Part shown: one piece after another, positions 1 through 9,600 of the stretch
How positions within the stretch are numbered: the first letter of the stretch is position 1
Layout of the letters: every line of letters begins with the position of its first letter
IMG/VR virus record: IMGVR_UViG_3300034105_001128
Location: 12,242 to 76,241 of that record
Reading direction: 5' to 3' (one strand)
Length of the DNA: 64,000 bases
DNA from: a virus
Notes under the pieces: model-generated
Database searches by the model: none
What the model saw: the letters and a program-made list of their open reading frames with translations, nothing else
What the model was told of the DNA's origin: nothing
Program-made: the position numbers and the translations under genes

Positions 1-1209
1 CTTAAGGGTTCGCTTGTAGTCGTCCAGGCTGTCGTGACGATTGAGATAGGTCTCTACCAAAGTACAGCATTCCATTGATTCCAATGACTGTTCTGCGCAA
101 GGATTATACCCGGCTGCACGCCAGTCTTTGTTGTTTTCAGGATCTGCTAGTCTTCCGTACTTACGAGTTACGTCCATCCAGACTACGCCAGGCTCACCGT
201 TACGGGCTATACCGTCAATGATCTTAGAGAGATCTGTACCCACACTTGCCTCAACTGAGTTATTTGACATCCAGCCCCAACCCGGAGCGGCCGGATCGTA
301 GCTATTGCGCTCAGGAAATACTTCGACATTCTTTAAGTTGAGAAACTCATCATCTTCAATACGACCAATTAGTAGCTCAGCTGAACGTCGTACGTTACCG
401 GATACTACGCATACACCAATAAGATTACCAATATCTGCAATGTCGCGGCGTGTTAGTTTTTCTCCTGCACGGCCATCAAAGATCTTAGAGACATAGTTGT
501 GTAGTTTGATTAGTGGGTCGGCTCCTGCGGCTGTTCCTCCGAAGGTTTTGATTGGCGTGCCTTCTGGTCTAATTTCTTCGTAACGAAATACTGGAGCCTT
601 TGTATCTGGTCGTAGGTAAGCATTGATGAGAGCGGATGTGGATTCGACCCATCCTTCTCGGGTGTCTGGGATGACATATTCGTCGCCTTTCTGTGGTTCA
701 TAGATTGTAAAGTCTTTATCTGCGCCCTTGTCGTCAAATCCAACTCCCACTCCCAGCATAGAGGCCTCCATTAGGAAGGCAAATGGTTTAGCTGGATCGA
801 GCTTGGTCATTGAGTTTGTAGATACAAAAGAACAATTCTGAAGTGCTGCAGAGTTTCTCTGAATGTTAATAAGGGGTGTTCCCATCATCCAAAGTCCACG
901 GCCAGGTGGTGTCCACTTCAATTGGAATAGGCGATCAAATGCCTCTTTGGCTGAAGCAGCGGCTTTTGAGTCTGACCAAGGAAGACGTTGAGATTTAGCG
1001 TGGTCCTTTTGTAGGGAATACATGCCGTTGATTACACGCTCACATACATCTACCCAAGTCTCCTTGGTTCCATCCTCTTTAAGACGAGAGTAGGTTCTAA
1101 GAAAGATAATCTCACCTACTGCATTGCCGGCAGCATCTTTATACCCCCATGGAACTGGCTTTCCCCGATATGAATTTACGTATTCTTCTGTCAACTTGAA
1201 TGAAAACAA
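1..1209 (-). CDS. nrdJ: Class II (adenosylcobalamin-dependent) ribonucleotide reductase, 3' end outside window
   Basis: Not in ORF track. Manual translation from TTG at 1209 is open to base 1 and contains RTYSR, PPGRGLW, AALQNC, GVGVGFD, VVSGNVRRSA and catalytic GYNPCAEQ..ECCTLVE motifs. Confidence 0.92.
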   Translation of the reverse strand, partial: MFSFKLTEEYVNSYRGKPVPWGYKDAAGNAVGEIIFLRTYSRLKEDGTKETWVDVCERVINGMYSLQKDHAKSQRLPWSDSKAAASAKEAFDRLFQLKWTPPGRGLWMMGTPLINIQRNSAALQNCSFVSTNSMTKLDPAKPFAFLMEASMLGVGVGFDDKGADKDFTIYEPQKGDEYVIPDTREGWVESTSALINAYLRPDTKAPVFRYEEIRPEGTPIKTFGGTAAGADPLIKLHNYVSKIFDGRAGEKLTRRDIADIGNLIGVCVVSGNVRRSAELLIGRIEDDEFLNLKNVEVFPERNSYDPAAPGWGWMSNNSVEASVGTDLSKIIDGIARNGEPGVVWMDVTRKYGRLADPENNKDWRAAGYNPCAEQSLESMECCTLVETYLNRHDSLDDYKRTLK

Positions 1210-1251
1210 GATACTCTCTCTTTTCTGTTAATTGGTTACTGTTATCAGGTA

Positions 1252-2721
1252 CTAGCCTTCTAAATTGTCACTAATAATTCTACTGGATTCTGCCTCAGTA
1301 AGTCCAATTTCCGGGACTCTTGCACGCTCTCCAAAGAGTTGGGATAAGACTCCCCCAGAGGTTTGACGCTCCACGGTCATCCGGACGAACTCTTTATTCT
1401 CTTCTAATTTTTTAACTTCCCCTATGATCTTAAAGAGTCTGTCAATCTCTTGACCCGTGTTTGGATCGGGGTACCCGCCGTTTAATTCTTCTGCAAATCT
1501 AGCAAAACCTACTCTAGCGGCCTGCATTTCGATAATTGCGTTCAATAATCCCTTTAGTTGCTCTTTGGTATTAATCTCAACCGGTAGATTAAACGCACAA
1601 GAATTGTTAGGTTTGAACGCAGGGCAGTTGCTCGCAACGAAGCAAGTATTGCATTGACGAAAGGAAGTAGTGGTGCTTGTTAATACCGGAGCATCCCTAA
1701 TTACGTCTCTTCCAGTATCATCTTTCTCAATAATTGTCTTACTTGTAACGCCAAAAACAGGCAAAGTTCTGATCTCTTCAGGGTCTCTAGGCTTGAAATC
1801 TTTCCGCACCTCTACCCCTCTGTTATCAGGTGCCAAGCCCCTAGTTTCCGCAGAACCTGCGCTATCTAATTCATCACTGTTATCAGATAACTTCTCTTGT
1901 GAGTATTTTTTATTCAACGAATTCTCCAGCTGCAGGTAGGACCAAATGGCGAGGCGAGTTACCTCATTACTATCATCATTAATAATCTTTTCAAAGTCTA
2001 GTCCGGCCCTCTCGATGATCGCCTTGTAGCGAGGACGAGCTTGGTCTTTCTGCTTCTTCTGATAGCGGACCAGTCTAGTGCCATCCCAGACAATTGTCTC
2101 ACCTCTCATCATTGGACTTAACCAAGATAATGAACTCGCTGTAGCCAATGGGACCTGGCGTAGGTTGTCCGGCTTAGCGCACGCTATGCCATGGAACTGA
2201 AGGTCAGGGAATTGGCTTAATAGGGCCCTGGAGCGGGCTGAGAGACTCGTATCGTCTTCCAGTGACTCTCCGAGTAGCCCAACGTTGTTGTACTGCTCAG
2301 CAAGACCAAATAGGGCAGTGTGCCCAAGATCTTGGTGCCAAACAACTGAAAACTTATCTAAACCAAAGTCCTCACCAAAAGTGCGACGTTGATGATTAAT
2401 CCAGTTTTGTCCCATGGCCCTAGCGTCTACCTCTGTGGCCAGGGTAATCCTATCCTCATTGAGAACAAGCCAATCCTGGTAGGAAGCCGTATACTCTTCG
2501 ATCTCACGCTCTGTCATTTCTAGATCGTTGATCTGATGCCCGCCACCATCTATGTAGATCTTGATGTCATCCGGGAAACGTTCAGCTAATAAATAGTCTT
2601 TGGTCTTTGGGAGACCACGCTTGACTAGTCTGAAGTAGTTAATGCTGATGTGTTTAGCTCCGGCAGCTGCCAGAAGGTTTCTATGTGAGGGTACCTCTCC
2701 GCCCATGAAGACTATGTTCAT
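1252..2721 (-). CDS. Putative TGT/DpdA-fold (queuine transglycosylase-like) protein with C-terminal Cys cluster
   Basis: IYIDGGGHQ resembles TGT DSGGFQ; FHGI and TASSLSW resemble HxLG and DSSSW; C-terminal CNTC-x5-C-x8-C. Confidence 0.45.
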   Translation of the reverse strand: MNIVFMGGEVPSHRNLLAAAGAKHISINYFRLVKRGLPKTKDYLLAERFPDDIKIYIDGGGHQINDLEMTEREIEEYTASYQDWLVLNEDRITLATEVDARAMGQNWINHQRRTFGEDFGLDKFSVVWHQDLGHTALFGLAEQYNNVGLLGESLEDDTSLSARSRALLSQFPDLQFHGIACAKPDNLRQVPLATASSLSWLSPMMRGETIVWDGTRLVRYQKKQKDQARPRYKAIIERAGLDFEKIINDDSNEVTRLAIWSYLQLENSLNKKYSQEKLSDNSDELDSAGSAETRGLAPDNRGVEVRKDFKPRDPEEIRTLPVFGVTSKTIIEKDDTGRDVIRDAPVLTSTTTSFRQCNTCFVASNCPAFKPNNSCAFNLPVEINTKEQLKGLLNAIIEMQAARVGFARFAEELNGGYPDPNTGQEIDRLFKIIGEVKKLEENKEFVRMTVERQTSGGVLSQLFGERARVPEIGLTEAESSRIISDNLEG

Positions 2722-3182
2722 TCGTAGCGGTTAACCCTACTTCCAAGGTGGGCGTCTAGAAGAGCTAGCTTTTGTTTTTCTACCTCATTTTTTAGATCGT
2801 CCCACGGTTTTACTTGGCGGGATGTTCGAACAAACCTAGGTGAAGCAAACATGATTACAGGCACTCCCAAAGATAATGCCTCTGCACATCGGTCTGCATC
2901 TGGATCTACAAATAGCTCGACGCGTCCTTTAGATCTAGCTATAGCTAGCTGGCGGGACCGTAAGTCTTGGCCCTCAAAGAAGTACCTATCATCATAGATA
3001 TCACCGTAACCAATAATTAGGTTGGCACGTAGCCAGTGCTCTGTCTGATCATGTGTAAGATCTGAAGCAATAACAACCCTGTAGTGCTCTGAAAGAATTC
3101 TGTACAGCTTTACACCTTCTGGAATTGGATCTCCAGTTTCCGTTTTTAATACGCCTTCTAGTGCAACAAGTGCTGTAGCCAA
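2718..3182 (-). CDS. Degenerate HAD-superfamily-like protein
   Basis: N-terminal ALVALEGVL (DxDGVL-like) and late LFVD motif; ATGA overlap with next gene. Confidence 0.4.
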   Translation of the reverse strand: MATALVALEGVLKTETGDPIPEGVKLYRILSEHYRVVIASDLTHDQTEHWLRANLIIGYGDIYDDRYFFEGQDLRSRQLAIARSKGRVELFVDPDADRCAEALSLGVPVIMFASPRFVRTSRQVKPWDDLKNEVEKQKLALLDAHLGSRVNRYE

Positions 3183-3185
3183 TTT

Positions 3186-3287
3186 TTAATCCTCCGGGGT
3201 TCCTTGTCTTGCGCAAATACATTTACAATCATCTATCTCACACACAGTGTAATCCATCGTGTGTTTACACTTTATGCAACTAACCAC
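3186..3287 (-). CDS. 33-aa Cys-rich microprotein
   Basis: GTG start 8 nt after AGGAG; MVSCIKCKHTMDYTVCEIDDCKCICARQGTPED; fills gap between flanking genes. Confidence 0.5.
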   Translation of the reverse strand: MVSCIKCKHTMDYTVCEIDDCKCICARQGTPED

Positions 3288-4197
3288 GCAAAGTTCTCCT
3301 GATCAATGTAGATGCATCAGGTAATTCTACACCGTATACGTTCTTTTGTAAACCGGCATCTTGGGCTGCTTTATGGTCTTTAATAGTCTTTAATGCTTGT
3401 ATTACACCGGAACGTTTCCCAGCTTGCCATCGATAGTTGTTAAAATCAGAATATCCTGAACCAACGGCACTGAATGCAATTTTTCTACCGCCGTGAATGT
3501 CATCAAAATGAGCAATTGCCTGTTCTGCAGCTAATTGCATTTTTGTTTCTGCGTTACGGCGATGTGCAGGATTGGTTGCGTTACGTACTTCTGATAACGC
3601 TGAAGAATAACGATTTATTAAATCTTTTGCATTAGCCTCGTCACGCATAGTTCTTTGTTCCCAAGCACGACTATAAGGGGGTTGTGGGTTTACATCAGGC
3701 TTGACTGTCCATGAGTCTGTTGTAAGATCATAGGCAGCGTATGGATTAATGTCCCTAATATTTGACTGTGGATTTACGTAGTATGTTAGTTCATACCCTT
3801 CCCAATTACGGGTGTTAGGCATAAGCTCAGCGCTGAATCCTTCGTTAAATGTCTGTGCAATTTCTTTATCGGAATACCCAGCAAATTCTGGATTGTCCTG
3901 TCTAAACTTAATGTAGTCGATACCAATTAAACAATCAAGGTCACCTGGCTGTCTTGCGGCTGCCCATTGGTAAGATACGCCGGAACCAGCTAACCAAACA
4001 TGTGTCCAGGTATTTGGACTAGTATAGTTCTTACCTAAGTAGTCAAAGAGCATAGAGAGTACACCAGTGCGTACCCAAGGTAGAAGCTGCTGTTCTTGAA
4101 ATAACTTTGGATCTAATTCTGAAGACGGCTCACTAAAATAGGAAGTAGACCCCGGAGTGATCTCCGGGGCCTCATAGTCAAAGTTTTCAAAATTCAT
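3280..4197 (-). CDS. Pol-beta-superfamily nucleotidyltransferase
   Basis: LAGSGVSYQW...GDLDCLI matches GS-x(n)-DxD signature. Confidence 0.7.
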   Translation of the reverse strand: MNFENFDYEAPEITPGSTSYFSEPSSELDPKLFQEQQLLPWVRTGVLSMLFDYLGKNYTSPNTWTHVWLAGSGVSYQWAAARQPGDLDCLIGIDYIKFRQDNPEFAGYSDKEIAQTFNEGFSAELMPNTRNWEGYELTYYVNPQSNIRDINPYAAYDLTTDSWTVKPDVNPQPPYSRAWEQRTMRDEANAKDLINRYSSALSEVRNATNPAHRRNAETKMQLAAEQAIAHFDDIHGGRKIAFSAVGSGYSDFNNYRWQAGKRSGVIQALKTIKDHKAAQDAGLQKNVYGVELPDASTLIRRTLRG

Positions 4198-4251
4198 ACG
4201 CCTATTCTTTCATCCTAGTCGTGCTTACGTCTCGGCTTGAAGCATATAAAT

Positions 4252-4545
4252 TTACTTAGATGCTGTTGAATCTCCCTGATTTGCTGCGTCTGCCTCTGGC
4301 TTCATGCCAGAAAGCTTAATTGCCACGTATTCTGCGGCGGACTGTGCTTGTAGATCAATTAGGATTTCTGAGACATATCGGCGCACTTCTAGAAGTGTAG
4401 CCTCGCGCTCTACCGGAATTGCTAGAACGGATGTATTACGCTCTACAAATACATTTCCGCCCTTGTCAACAACTACTGCAAAGCCAAACGCAAGTTCTGG
4501 GATTGCAGGTGTTGTTTCGTCTTGTGGTGTTGTTTCTTTTGACAT
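4252..4545 (-). CDS. Hypothetical protein
   Basis: 97-aa ORF with GAGGA RBS. Confidence 0.6.
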   Translation of the reverse strand: MSKETTPQDETTPAIPELAFGFAVVVDKGGNVFVERNTSVLAIPVEREATLLEVRRYVSEILIDLQAQSAAEYVAIKLSGMKPEADAANQGDSTASK

Positions 4546-4552
4546 GTTTCCT

Positions 4553-5134
4553 CTATTCGTATAGGCCCATTTTTTTACGATTTTGTTCTACCACATAGGT
4601 TTTTGCTGGACAAAAGTCACACAAGTATACCTTTGTGCCACCTGATTTTGCCGCGCTCTCTAAACCTAATTCTTTTCTTGCGTCTGCCGTGCTCTTAGGT
4701 ATAAGTCGTTTGCTCTCGCTCTTCCAGTCATAGCAACCCTCTACAGGTCGCAAATGCAGGTTAAAACACTTCATCGCATCATCAAAAAATGTTGCCTTGG
4801 TAGTGTAGTAATCTGGGTCAATATCAGCAAGACCACCACCTACTTTATTTCGTAGATTCTCAACAACTTGCTTACGTACTTCAGGACGAGAGTATAACTT
4901 AACGCCAATTTTAGATAGAAAACCATTGTGCGGAATTCCAGCGGATTCATGTCGGTCTACTAATACCTGTAGTGTGACGTCATCATCTGGGTGCCCCTCA
5001 AAGTCTGGGAGTTCTTCGATGGTTTTACAGTTGTAACAGTACAGCAGACGAATCTTAGGACCTTCATCCTTGATCTCTGTGTAAGTGCCCTCATCGGCAG
5101 GCTGTGCGCCTCCGCCTAAAATAGGGATAGTCAT
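4553..5134 (-). CDS. Hypothetical zinc-binding protein
   Basis: CYNC and CDFC motifs; GGAGGAG RBS. Confidence 0.6.
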   Translation of the reverse strand: MTIPILGGGAQPADEGTYTEIKDEGPKIRLLYCYNCKTIEELPDFEGHPDDDVTLQVLVDRHESAGIPHNGFLSKIGVKLYSRPEVRKQVVENLRNKVGGGLADIDPDYYTTKATFFDDAMKCFNLHLRPVEGCYDWKSESKRLIPKSTADARKELGLESAAKSGGTKVYLCDFCPAKTYVVEQNRKKMGLYE

Positions 5135-5189
5135 ATAGCTCCTCCAAATTGTCTTCTGTTATAATTATAGCGGATAATCTCCGCAAGTG

Positions 5190-5969
5190 CTAATCGCCGC
5201 GAGCAGCCCGGCCCATGCCCCAGTTAAGATACTTTAAACGTTCACTTTCATCTGTCATACCTAATTTATTAGCCATGTAATGATATCCAGACATTTCTAG
5301 CTTTCCTCCACCAATTTTTACGGCATGTAAAACTGCTTTGTGGGCAATATCAACTTTAGAATCATGTTCTGGGCCTTGATTGCGCCCACCTGATTCGGCA
5401 GCAAGATTAATAGTATCTTCAACAGGATTTGAGTTTAATATTGCATCGGCCTGCTCTTGAATAGTCTTACTTTTACCAGTTACCTTTTTTTTATCAGTTA
5501 AGGTAGCGTCTGTAAGTTTAGTTTCTCCACGTACCGGGCGACCACGGCCTTGTACAATTGGGGCAACTCCACCACCCTCATGAACATCTTTTGCGGCGTT
5601 AGCACGTGCAAGAGCTGCGGCAATTGCGTCAGCTGCACGAATATCACTATTTCCTTTAGAATCATTCCCTATCATCATAGGGGTACCATGTGACTCAGGA
5701 TCGAAGTTTTCCCGTGCAAAGTGAACATTGCAATAATTTCTATGCTCAGATTCACCATGAAATTTTACACGAATGTTTGCTGGGTGGCGTTGACGACCCA
5801 CTTTACATACTTGTGGGTCCGTATTTTTACCAACATCTTTATAGTTTTGTAGGCTTTGAAATGGCGGCACAACATAATCACCAGTCATCTTGTCTACAAC
5901 AGTAGACTCTTTTTTCTCAGGATTATTTGTAGTAGTGCTATTTTCTAAATTAAGATCGTCTTTCGCCAT
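5190..5969 (-). CDS. Hypothetical protein
   Basis: 259-aa ORF in a tightly packed operon. Confidence 0.6.
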   Translation of the reverse strand: MAKDDLNLENSTTTNNPEKKESTVVDKMTGDYVVPPFQSLQNYKDVGKNTDPQVCKVGRQRHPANIRVKFHGESEHRNYCNVHFARENFDPESHGTPMMIGNDSKGNSDIRAADAIAAALARANAAKDVHEGGGVAPIVQGRGRPVRGETKLTDATLTDKKKVTGKSKTIQEQADAILNSNPVEDTINLAAESGGRNQGPEHDSKVDIAHKAVLHAVKIGGGKLEMSGYHYMANKLGMTDESERLKYLNWGMGRAARGD

Positions 5970-5971
5970 GG

Positions 5972-6151
5972 TTATTTACCTTTGCGTAGATTGTCTGCGT
6001 TCTTCCTAAGTTCTTTGTTATCACGAATGCCGGTAGTACCTGTGGTTTCATCGTCATCTTGAATGCCGCTAGCCGCTATATTTTTTCTAATTTCTTCAGC
6101 AGAAACTACTCCTGTACGGCGAAATGAAGCATTTCTTCCATCTTTATTCAT
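5972..6151 (-). CDS. Small hypothetical protein (59 aa)
   Basis: Manual translation MNKDGRNASFRRTG...LRKGK; fills gap and overlaps upstream stop. Confidence 0.5.
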   Translation of the reverse strand: MNKDGRNASFRRTGVVSAEEIRKNIAASGIQDDDETTGTTGIRDNKELRKNADNLRKGK

Positions 6152-6485
6152 TGATGCCCTTTTTTCTTTCCATAAAATCTGCCATAGAAACTACGTTCTC
6201 TGGTAAATGCTCCGTAACACCTGTCTCAAAATGTTCAGGTCGTGTCTGTGTTTGAGGCGATTGAACTATGTTCGCGTCTTCATTTGAGGCTGGATCTAAA
6301 CCTAAATAGGTAGATACTTTGCCTTCCCAAGAACCAAGTTTAGCTCTAGGTTCTTTGGGAGCAGCCAAATCTTTTTTAATAGGATCTATATAGGTTTGTT
6401 TAACGTGATCTACTAATTTAGTTTTTGCGTCAGCAATATTCTTTCTTTGCTGCATATAACGTTTAGCAGACCCTTTTTTACCCAT
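6144..6485 (-). CDS. Hypothetical basic protein
   Basis: Likely start MGKKGSAK directly after upstream stop. Confidence 0.55.
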   Translation of the reverse strand: MGKKGSAKRYMQQRKNIADAKTKLVDHVKQTYIDPIKKDLAAPKEPRAKLGSWEGKVSTYLGLDPASNEDANIVQSPQTQTRPEHFETGVTEHLPENVVSMADFMERKKGINE

Positions 6486-6486
6486 C

Positions 6487-6768
6487 TTAGTAGCTTGCGC
6501 CCATTTGATTGTTCTCAATGTCTGCAACAGGCATTGAAGAACGTGGCTTTGAGCTTGCGCCCATTTTGCCTGGCTCTACTTTGTTAGGTGTCTCTTGGTC
6601 AATAAACCCATAGTTTTGGAATGGGTGTAGTCCACGACGGTTAGCTAAAGTTATATCGTCACCAGTGCCTGAAGCAACAGTTGTGTTAGGGCGTACCTTG
6701 CGGTACTTGCCATCTGTTGATCCTTCTGATAAGCTTGAATTAAGTGAACCTGATTCGTTAACTGACAT
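6487..6768 (-). CDS. Hypothetical protein
   Basis: 93-aa ORF, TAATG coupling. Confidence 0.6.
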   Translation of the reverse strand: MSVNESGSLNSSLSEGSTDGKYRKVRPNTTVASGTGDDITLANRRGLHPFQNYGFIDQETPNKVEPGKMGASSKPRSSMPVADIENNQMGASY

Positions 6769-7103
6769 TATTTTTTCTCCCAGGTGGTTGCTGAACGAAT
6801 GCCGTTATTGGCACCAGGCTTGGAGTTTGCATCTAGTTTCTTTCCTGCGTTACGTAAAGCGTCTTTTCGAGGTAAGCGTTCGCCAGATGCAGCACGACCT
6901 GCGTCACCGTATTGGGCCTCATATTTAACATCGGTACGGTCGAGCTCATTTTGGTACTTCTCTTCCGTAGTAGATTGTGGACCTGCATCACGAAGTGTGC
7001 CTGACTTTGCCATTGCGGTAATTTGCGCAACAGTATCTGATCCTCCTCCGGCACGTGAAGCATTTACTTGCTTACGGTCACGAACATAACTTAATAGTCC
7101 CAT
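6768..7103 (-). CDS. Hypothetical protein
   Basis: 111-aa ORF, TAATG coupling. Confidence 0.6.
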   Translation of the reverse strand: MGLLSYVRDRKQVNASRAGGGSDTVAQITAMAKSGTLRDAGPQSTTEEKYQNELDRTDVKYEAQYGDAGRAASGERLPRKDALRNAGKKLDANSKPGANNGIRSATTWEKK

Positions 7104-7252
7104 TATTTCTTACCAGCTTTCTTTTTAGGTCCTGTCTTATTTGAAGATTTTTTGAGCATTTCTTCTCTAGCCTTTTGTTCTGCAGTCTTTACCTTTAAAG
7201 GCCTTACTTTGTAGGCAGCTTTACCGCCATCTGGGTTTTTAAGTGTACTCAT
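7103..7252 (-). CDS. Small Lys-rich protein (49 aa)
   Basis: Manual translation MSTLKNPDGGKAAYKV...KKKAGKK; TAATG coupling to next gene. Confidence 0.55.
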   Translation of the reverse strand: MSTLKNPDGGKAAYKVRPLKVKTAEQKAREEMLKKSSNKTGPKKKAGKK

Positions 7253-7258
7253 ATATAA

Positions 7259-7287
7259 ATTATCTCCCTATTTCCTTAGAATGTCAA
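7259..7287 (-). promoter_or_regulatory. SigA-type promoter
   Basis: TTGACA-17 nt-GATAAT on - strand, 6 nt before ATG at 7252. Confidence 0.55.
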
Positions 7288-7445
7288 GCCATACCGCGTT
7301 TAGCGTGGTATGTATATTTAGCGTTTCTACAGTCTGGGCATAGCCCATTATGTGAATAGATAGCCTCAAGTGGGGTTAAGAAATGCCCACACTTTGGGCA
7401 AAGGGTGCTACCTTCGTATACAGTCTCAGTATTAATATCTTCCAT
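7284..7445 (-). CDS. Small zinc-finger protein (53 aa)
   Basis: Manual translation with CPKC and CPDC; TAATG coupling. Confidence 0.6.
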   Translation of the reverse strand: MEDINTETVYEGSTLCPKCGHFLTPLEAIYSHNGLCPDCRNAKYTYHAKRGMA

Positions 7446-7804
7446 TACCAAATACTTTCAGACATATTACGAGCTGTTCCTGTGTAGGAACCCTTTTCTC
7501 CGGTAAAGTCTACACGCTCTGGTTGGAATTGGCTGTTTACATCCATTACATCTAAAATACCAAGCTCACGAGTTCGGTAGCCAAATCGTGGCGGGAATAG
7601 ATTTACTTGGGGTAAGGGTGGTCGAACAAGATCTGGAATTAAAGATGCAGGTATAGTTGCAGACTTTAATGCTCGAGCCATAAATGCTTCTTGAGGATTA
7701 GAGAATGGCCCCATGTAATCATAACGAAGTAGCGATGGTTCTGGATCTTCGCTTACAATCCCACGGCCCTTACTATGATCATAGACTCCATCTTGATTCA
7801 TCAT
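7445..7804 (-). CDS. Hypothetical protein
   Basis: 119-aa ORF, ATGA overlap. Confidence 0.6.
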   Translation of the reverse strand: MMNQDGVYDHSKGRGIVSEDPEPSLLRYDYMGPFSNPQEAFMARALKSATIPASLIPDLVRPPLPQVNLFPPRFGYRTRELGILDVMDVNSQFQPERVDFTGEKGSYTGTARNMSESIW

Positions 7805-8514
7805 GGACGAGTACGACCACGTCTAGCTGAGGGGAGTCCTGGTCCTTCTCCTACAGGAACAAGATTTCCACTTCTACGTGCACCTTCTAAACTAGAACCA
7901 AAAGATGTTCCAGAAGTTGCCTCGCCTGTGGGCATAACACGACCATGTGGTGCGTACTCCATTCGAAGATGAATGTCTTTATGTCCTGGATGATCTTGGT
8001 TCCACAAGTGTCCTGGATTTTCACCGTTGTTACGGCGTCCCTGAATACTTTCGCGTTCTTGCGCTAATTCACCTGAAAGTTTTTTATGCATGCCGCCCCA
8101 TCTAACTTGGGCCGCATCTTTTGCAGATTTATCTTTTCCAACTTTTAATAGGCTAGCTAAATGATTTACAACGTGCTCTTTACTATACCATGTGCGTGTT
8201 GTATCTCGTGCACCTTGACCCTTGTGTTCAATAAACTGTGGGATTGCAGAGTATGAAACTCCTTTAGAGTTATTTGGACCAATACCAAAAATATTTCCTA
8301 CTTCATGGTTAGACATAAGTCCTATACCATTGTGGTCTAAAGGTACTCCTTTAGCAAATGATGGCCTATCACCAAGTGTCCATGGTCGTGGGAACTGAGT
8401 ATCCCCATCAGAAGGGGCAGCTGGAGCAGGAATAATAGGTGCAGCGGCTTCAATATCTGCCCACGGAGTTAACTCACGATTTCTACTGCGTCTTTGATTT
8501 ACTTCGTCTGCCAT
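7801..8514 (-). CDS. Hypothetical protein
   Basis: Long ORF, likely start MADEVNQ coupled to upstream TAA. Confidence 0.6.
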   Translation of the reverse strand: MADEVNQRRSRNRELTPWADIEAAAPIIPAPAAPSDGDTQFPRPWTLGDRPSFAKGVPLDHNGIGLMSNHEVGNIFGIGPNNSKGVSYSAIPQFIEHKGQGARDTTRTWYSKEHVVNHLASLLKVGKDKSAKDAAQVRWGGMHKKLSGELAQERESIQGRRNNGENPGHLWNQDHPGHKDIHLRMEYAPHGRVMPTGEATSGTSFGSSLEGARRSGNLVPVGEGPGLPSARRGRTRP

Positions 8515-9050
8515 TATTTCCACCTAGGTTTCAAATGCTGAAAGTATTGTGCTGTACGGGGATTAAATTCTGCGGGTATGTTAGCTGATACATCAGCCTT
8601 ACCATCGTTAACAAGGTGCGGTGCGGGCACCAACTCTTGATCTGGGGCATAACGCGCTGTGATCATAACTAATGATCCATCATTATCTATTTGCTTAAAC
8701 ATCTTAGGGTTTACGCGACGATCTGGTTCTAAACCTTCAGGCCACATATACTGTGCTGGATCAATACGCTCACCTTTGTGGACACCACGTTGATATGCAC
8801 GCTGGTTCTGTCTATTCTTTAATGAGTCCAGTACTGTATCTGTACCGTTACCCTTATCATCACGACGTGAACGAATGGTTCCTAAATAACCATCTGGATA
8901 TTCTGCTTGGGGAGCACGGCCTACACCTAAACGGGCAAAGTCCATACCGCTACGTGGAACGATGGGAGTACCGCCACCACCTGTGGTGGTGTACGCTCCG
9001 ATATAACCGCTAGCACCTAGGTACTGCCAGTTTTGATGTGACTGAGGCAT
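8514..9050 (-). CDS. Hypothetical phage protein
   Basis: 178-aa ORF in operon. Confidence 0.6.
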   Translation of the reverse strand: MPQSHQNWQYLGASGYIGAYTTTGGGGTPIVPRSGMDFARLGVGRAPQAEYPDGYLGTIRSRRDDKGNGTDTVLDSLKNRQNQRAYQRGVHKGERIDPAQYMWPEGLEPDRRVNPKMFKQIDNDGSLVMITARYAPDQELVPAPHLVNDGKADVSANIPAEFNPRTAQYFQHLKPRWK

Positions 9051-9052
9051 AG

Positions 9053-9283
9053 TTAAGCAATCCTATCAGAAACTATATGCTTTCCCAAAATATTCATGTG
9101 AATGCTATCTCCCACAGGCTGATTGCAATGCCCACAGTTACCGCCTGAAGTTTTAGAAATATCAGGTACAAAATCACTTACAACTCTTTTAACAGTGTCT
9201 GCGTGTTCTGGACCAAAAGGTTTGGAACGTGAGGCATCACCTTTACGGTTAGGGTCATTAGATCTATCATTAGCCATGACCAC
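9053..9283 (-). CDS. Small hypothetical protein with CxxC/His
   Basis: CGHC...H; likely start is the ATG 6 nt after TATTAT. Confidence 0.5.
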   Translation of the reverse strand: MVMANDRSNDPNRKGDASRSKPFGPEHADTVKRVVSDFVPDISKTSGGNCGHCNQPVGDSIHMNILGKHIVSDRIA

Positions 9284-9299
9284 ATAATACCCTGAAATG

Positions 9300-9331
9300 C
9301 AAAAAACCGGAGGGTGTACCTCCGGCCTTTT
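9300..9331 (-). terminator. Intrinsic terminator after holin
   Basis: CCGGAGG-loop-CCTCCGG followed by TTTTTT on - strand. Confidence 0.75.
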
Positions 9332-9346
9332 ACATCTTAAACTAAA

Positions 9347-9541
9347 TTACTTTGAGGCCCCAATACCAATGGACTTATCCTTTGGGTTAACAGCCTTAGC
9401 CAGTGGACCCACCAGACCGGCAATAAATGCGTTAAGCAGGGTCTTTGGATCTGTAATGCCGCTCATATACAGGGCTGCTACAGCTGCTGCTGAAGCGCGA
9501 AGATAAGAACCAAGTGCGTTTTGCAATGTTTTGATGTCCAT
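9347..9541 (-). CDS. Putative holin (2 TM)
   Basis: 64 aa, two hydrophobic helices, SYLR...AVNPKD..G.G pattern; AGGAG RBS. Confidence 0.6.
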   Translation of the reverse strand: MDIKTLQNALGSYLRASAAAVAALYMSGITDPKTLLNAFIAGLVGPLAKAVNPKDKSIGIGASK

Positions 9542-9600
9542 GTTTCTCCTTGTTAGATATGTACCCTTTTAAGGGCCTATTAATTATTATATACGAAAAG

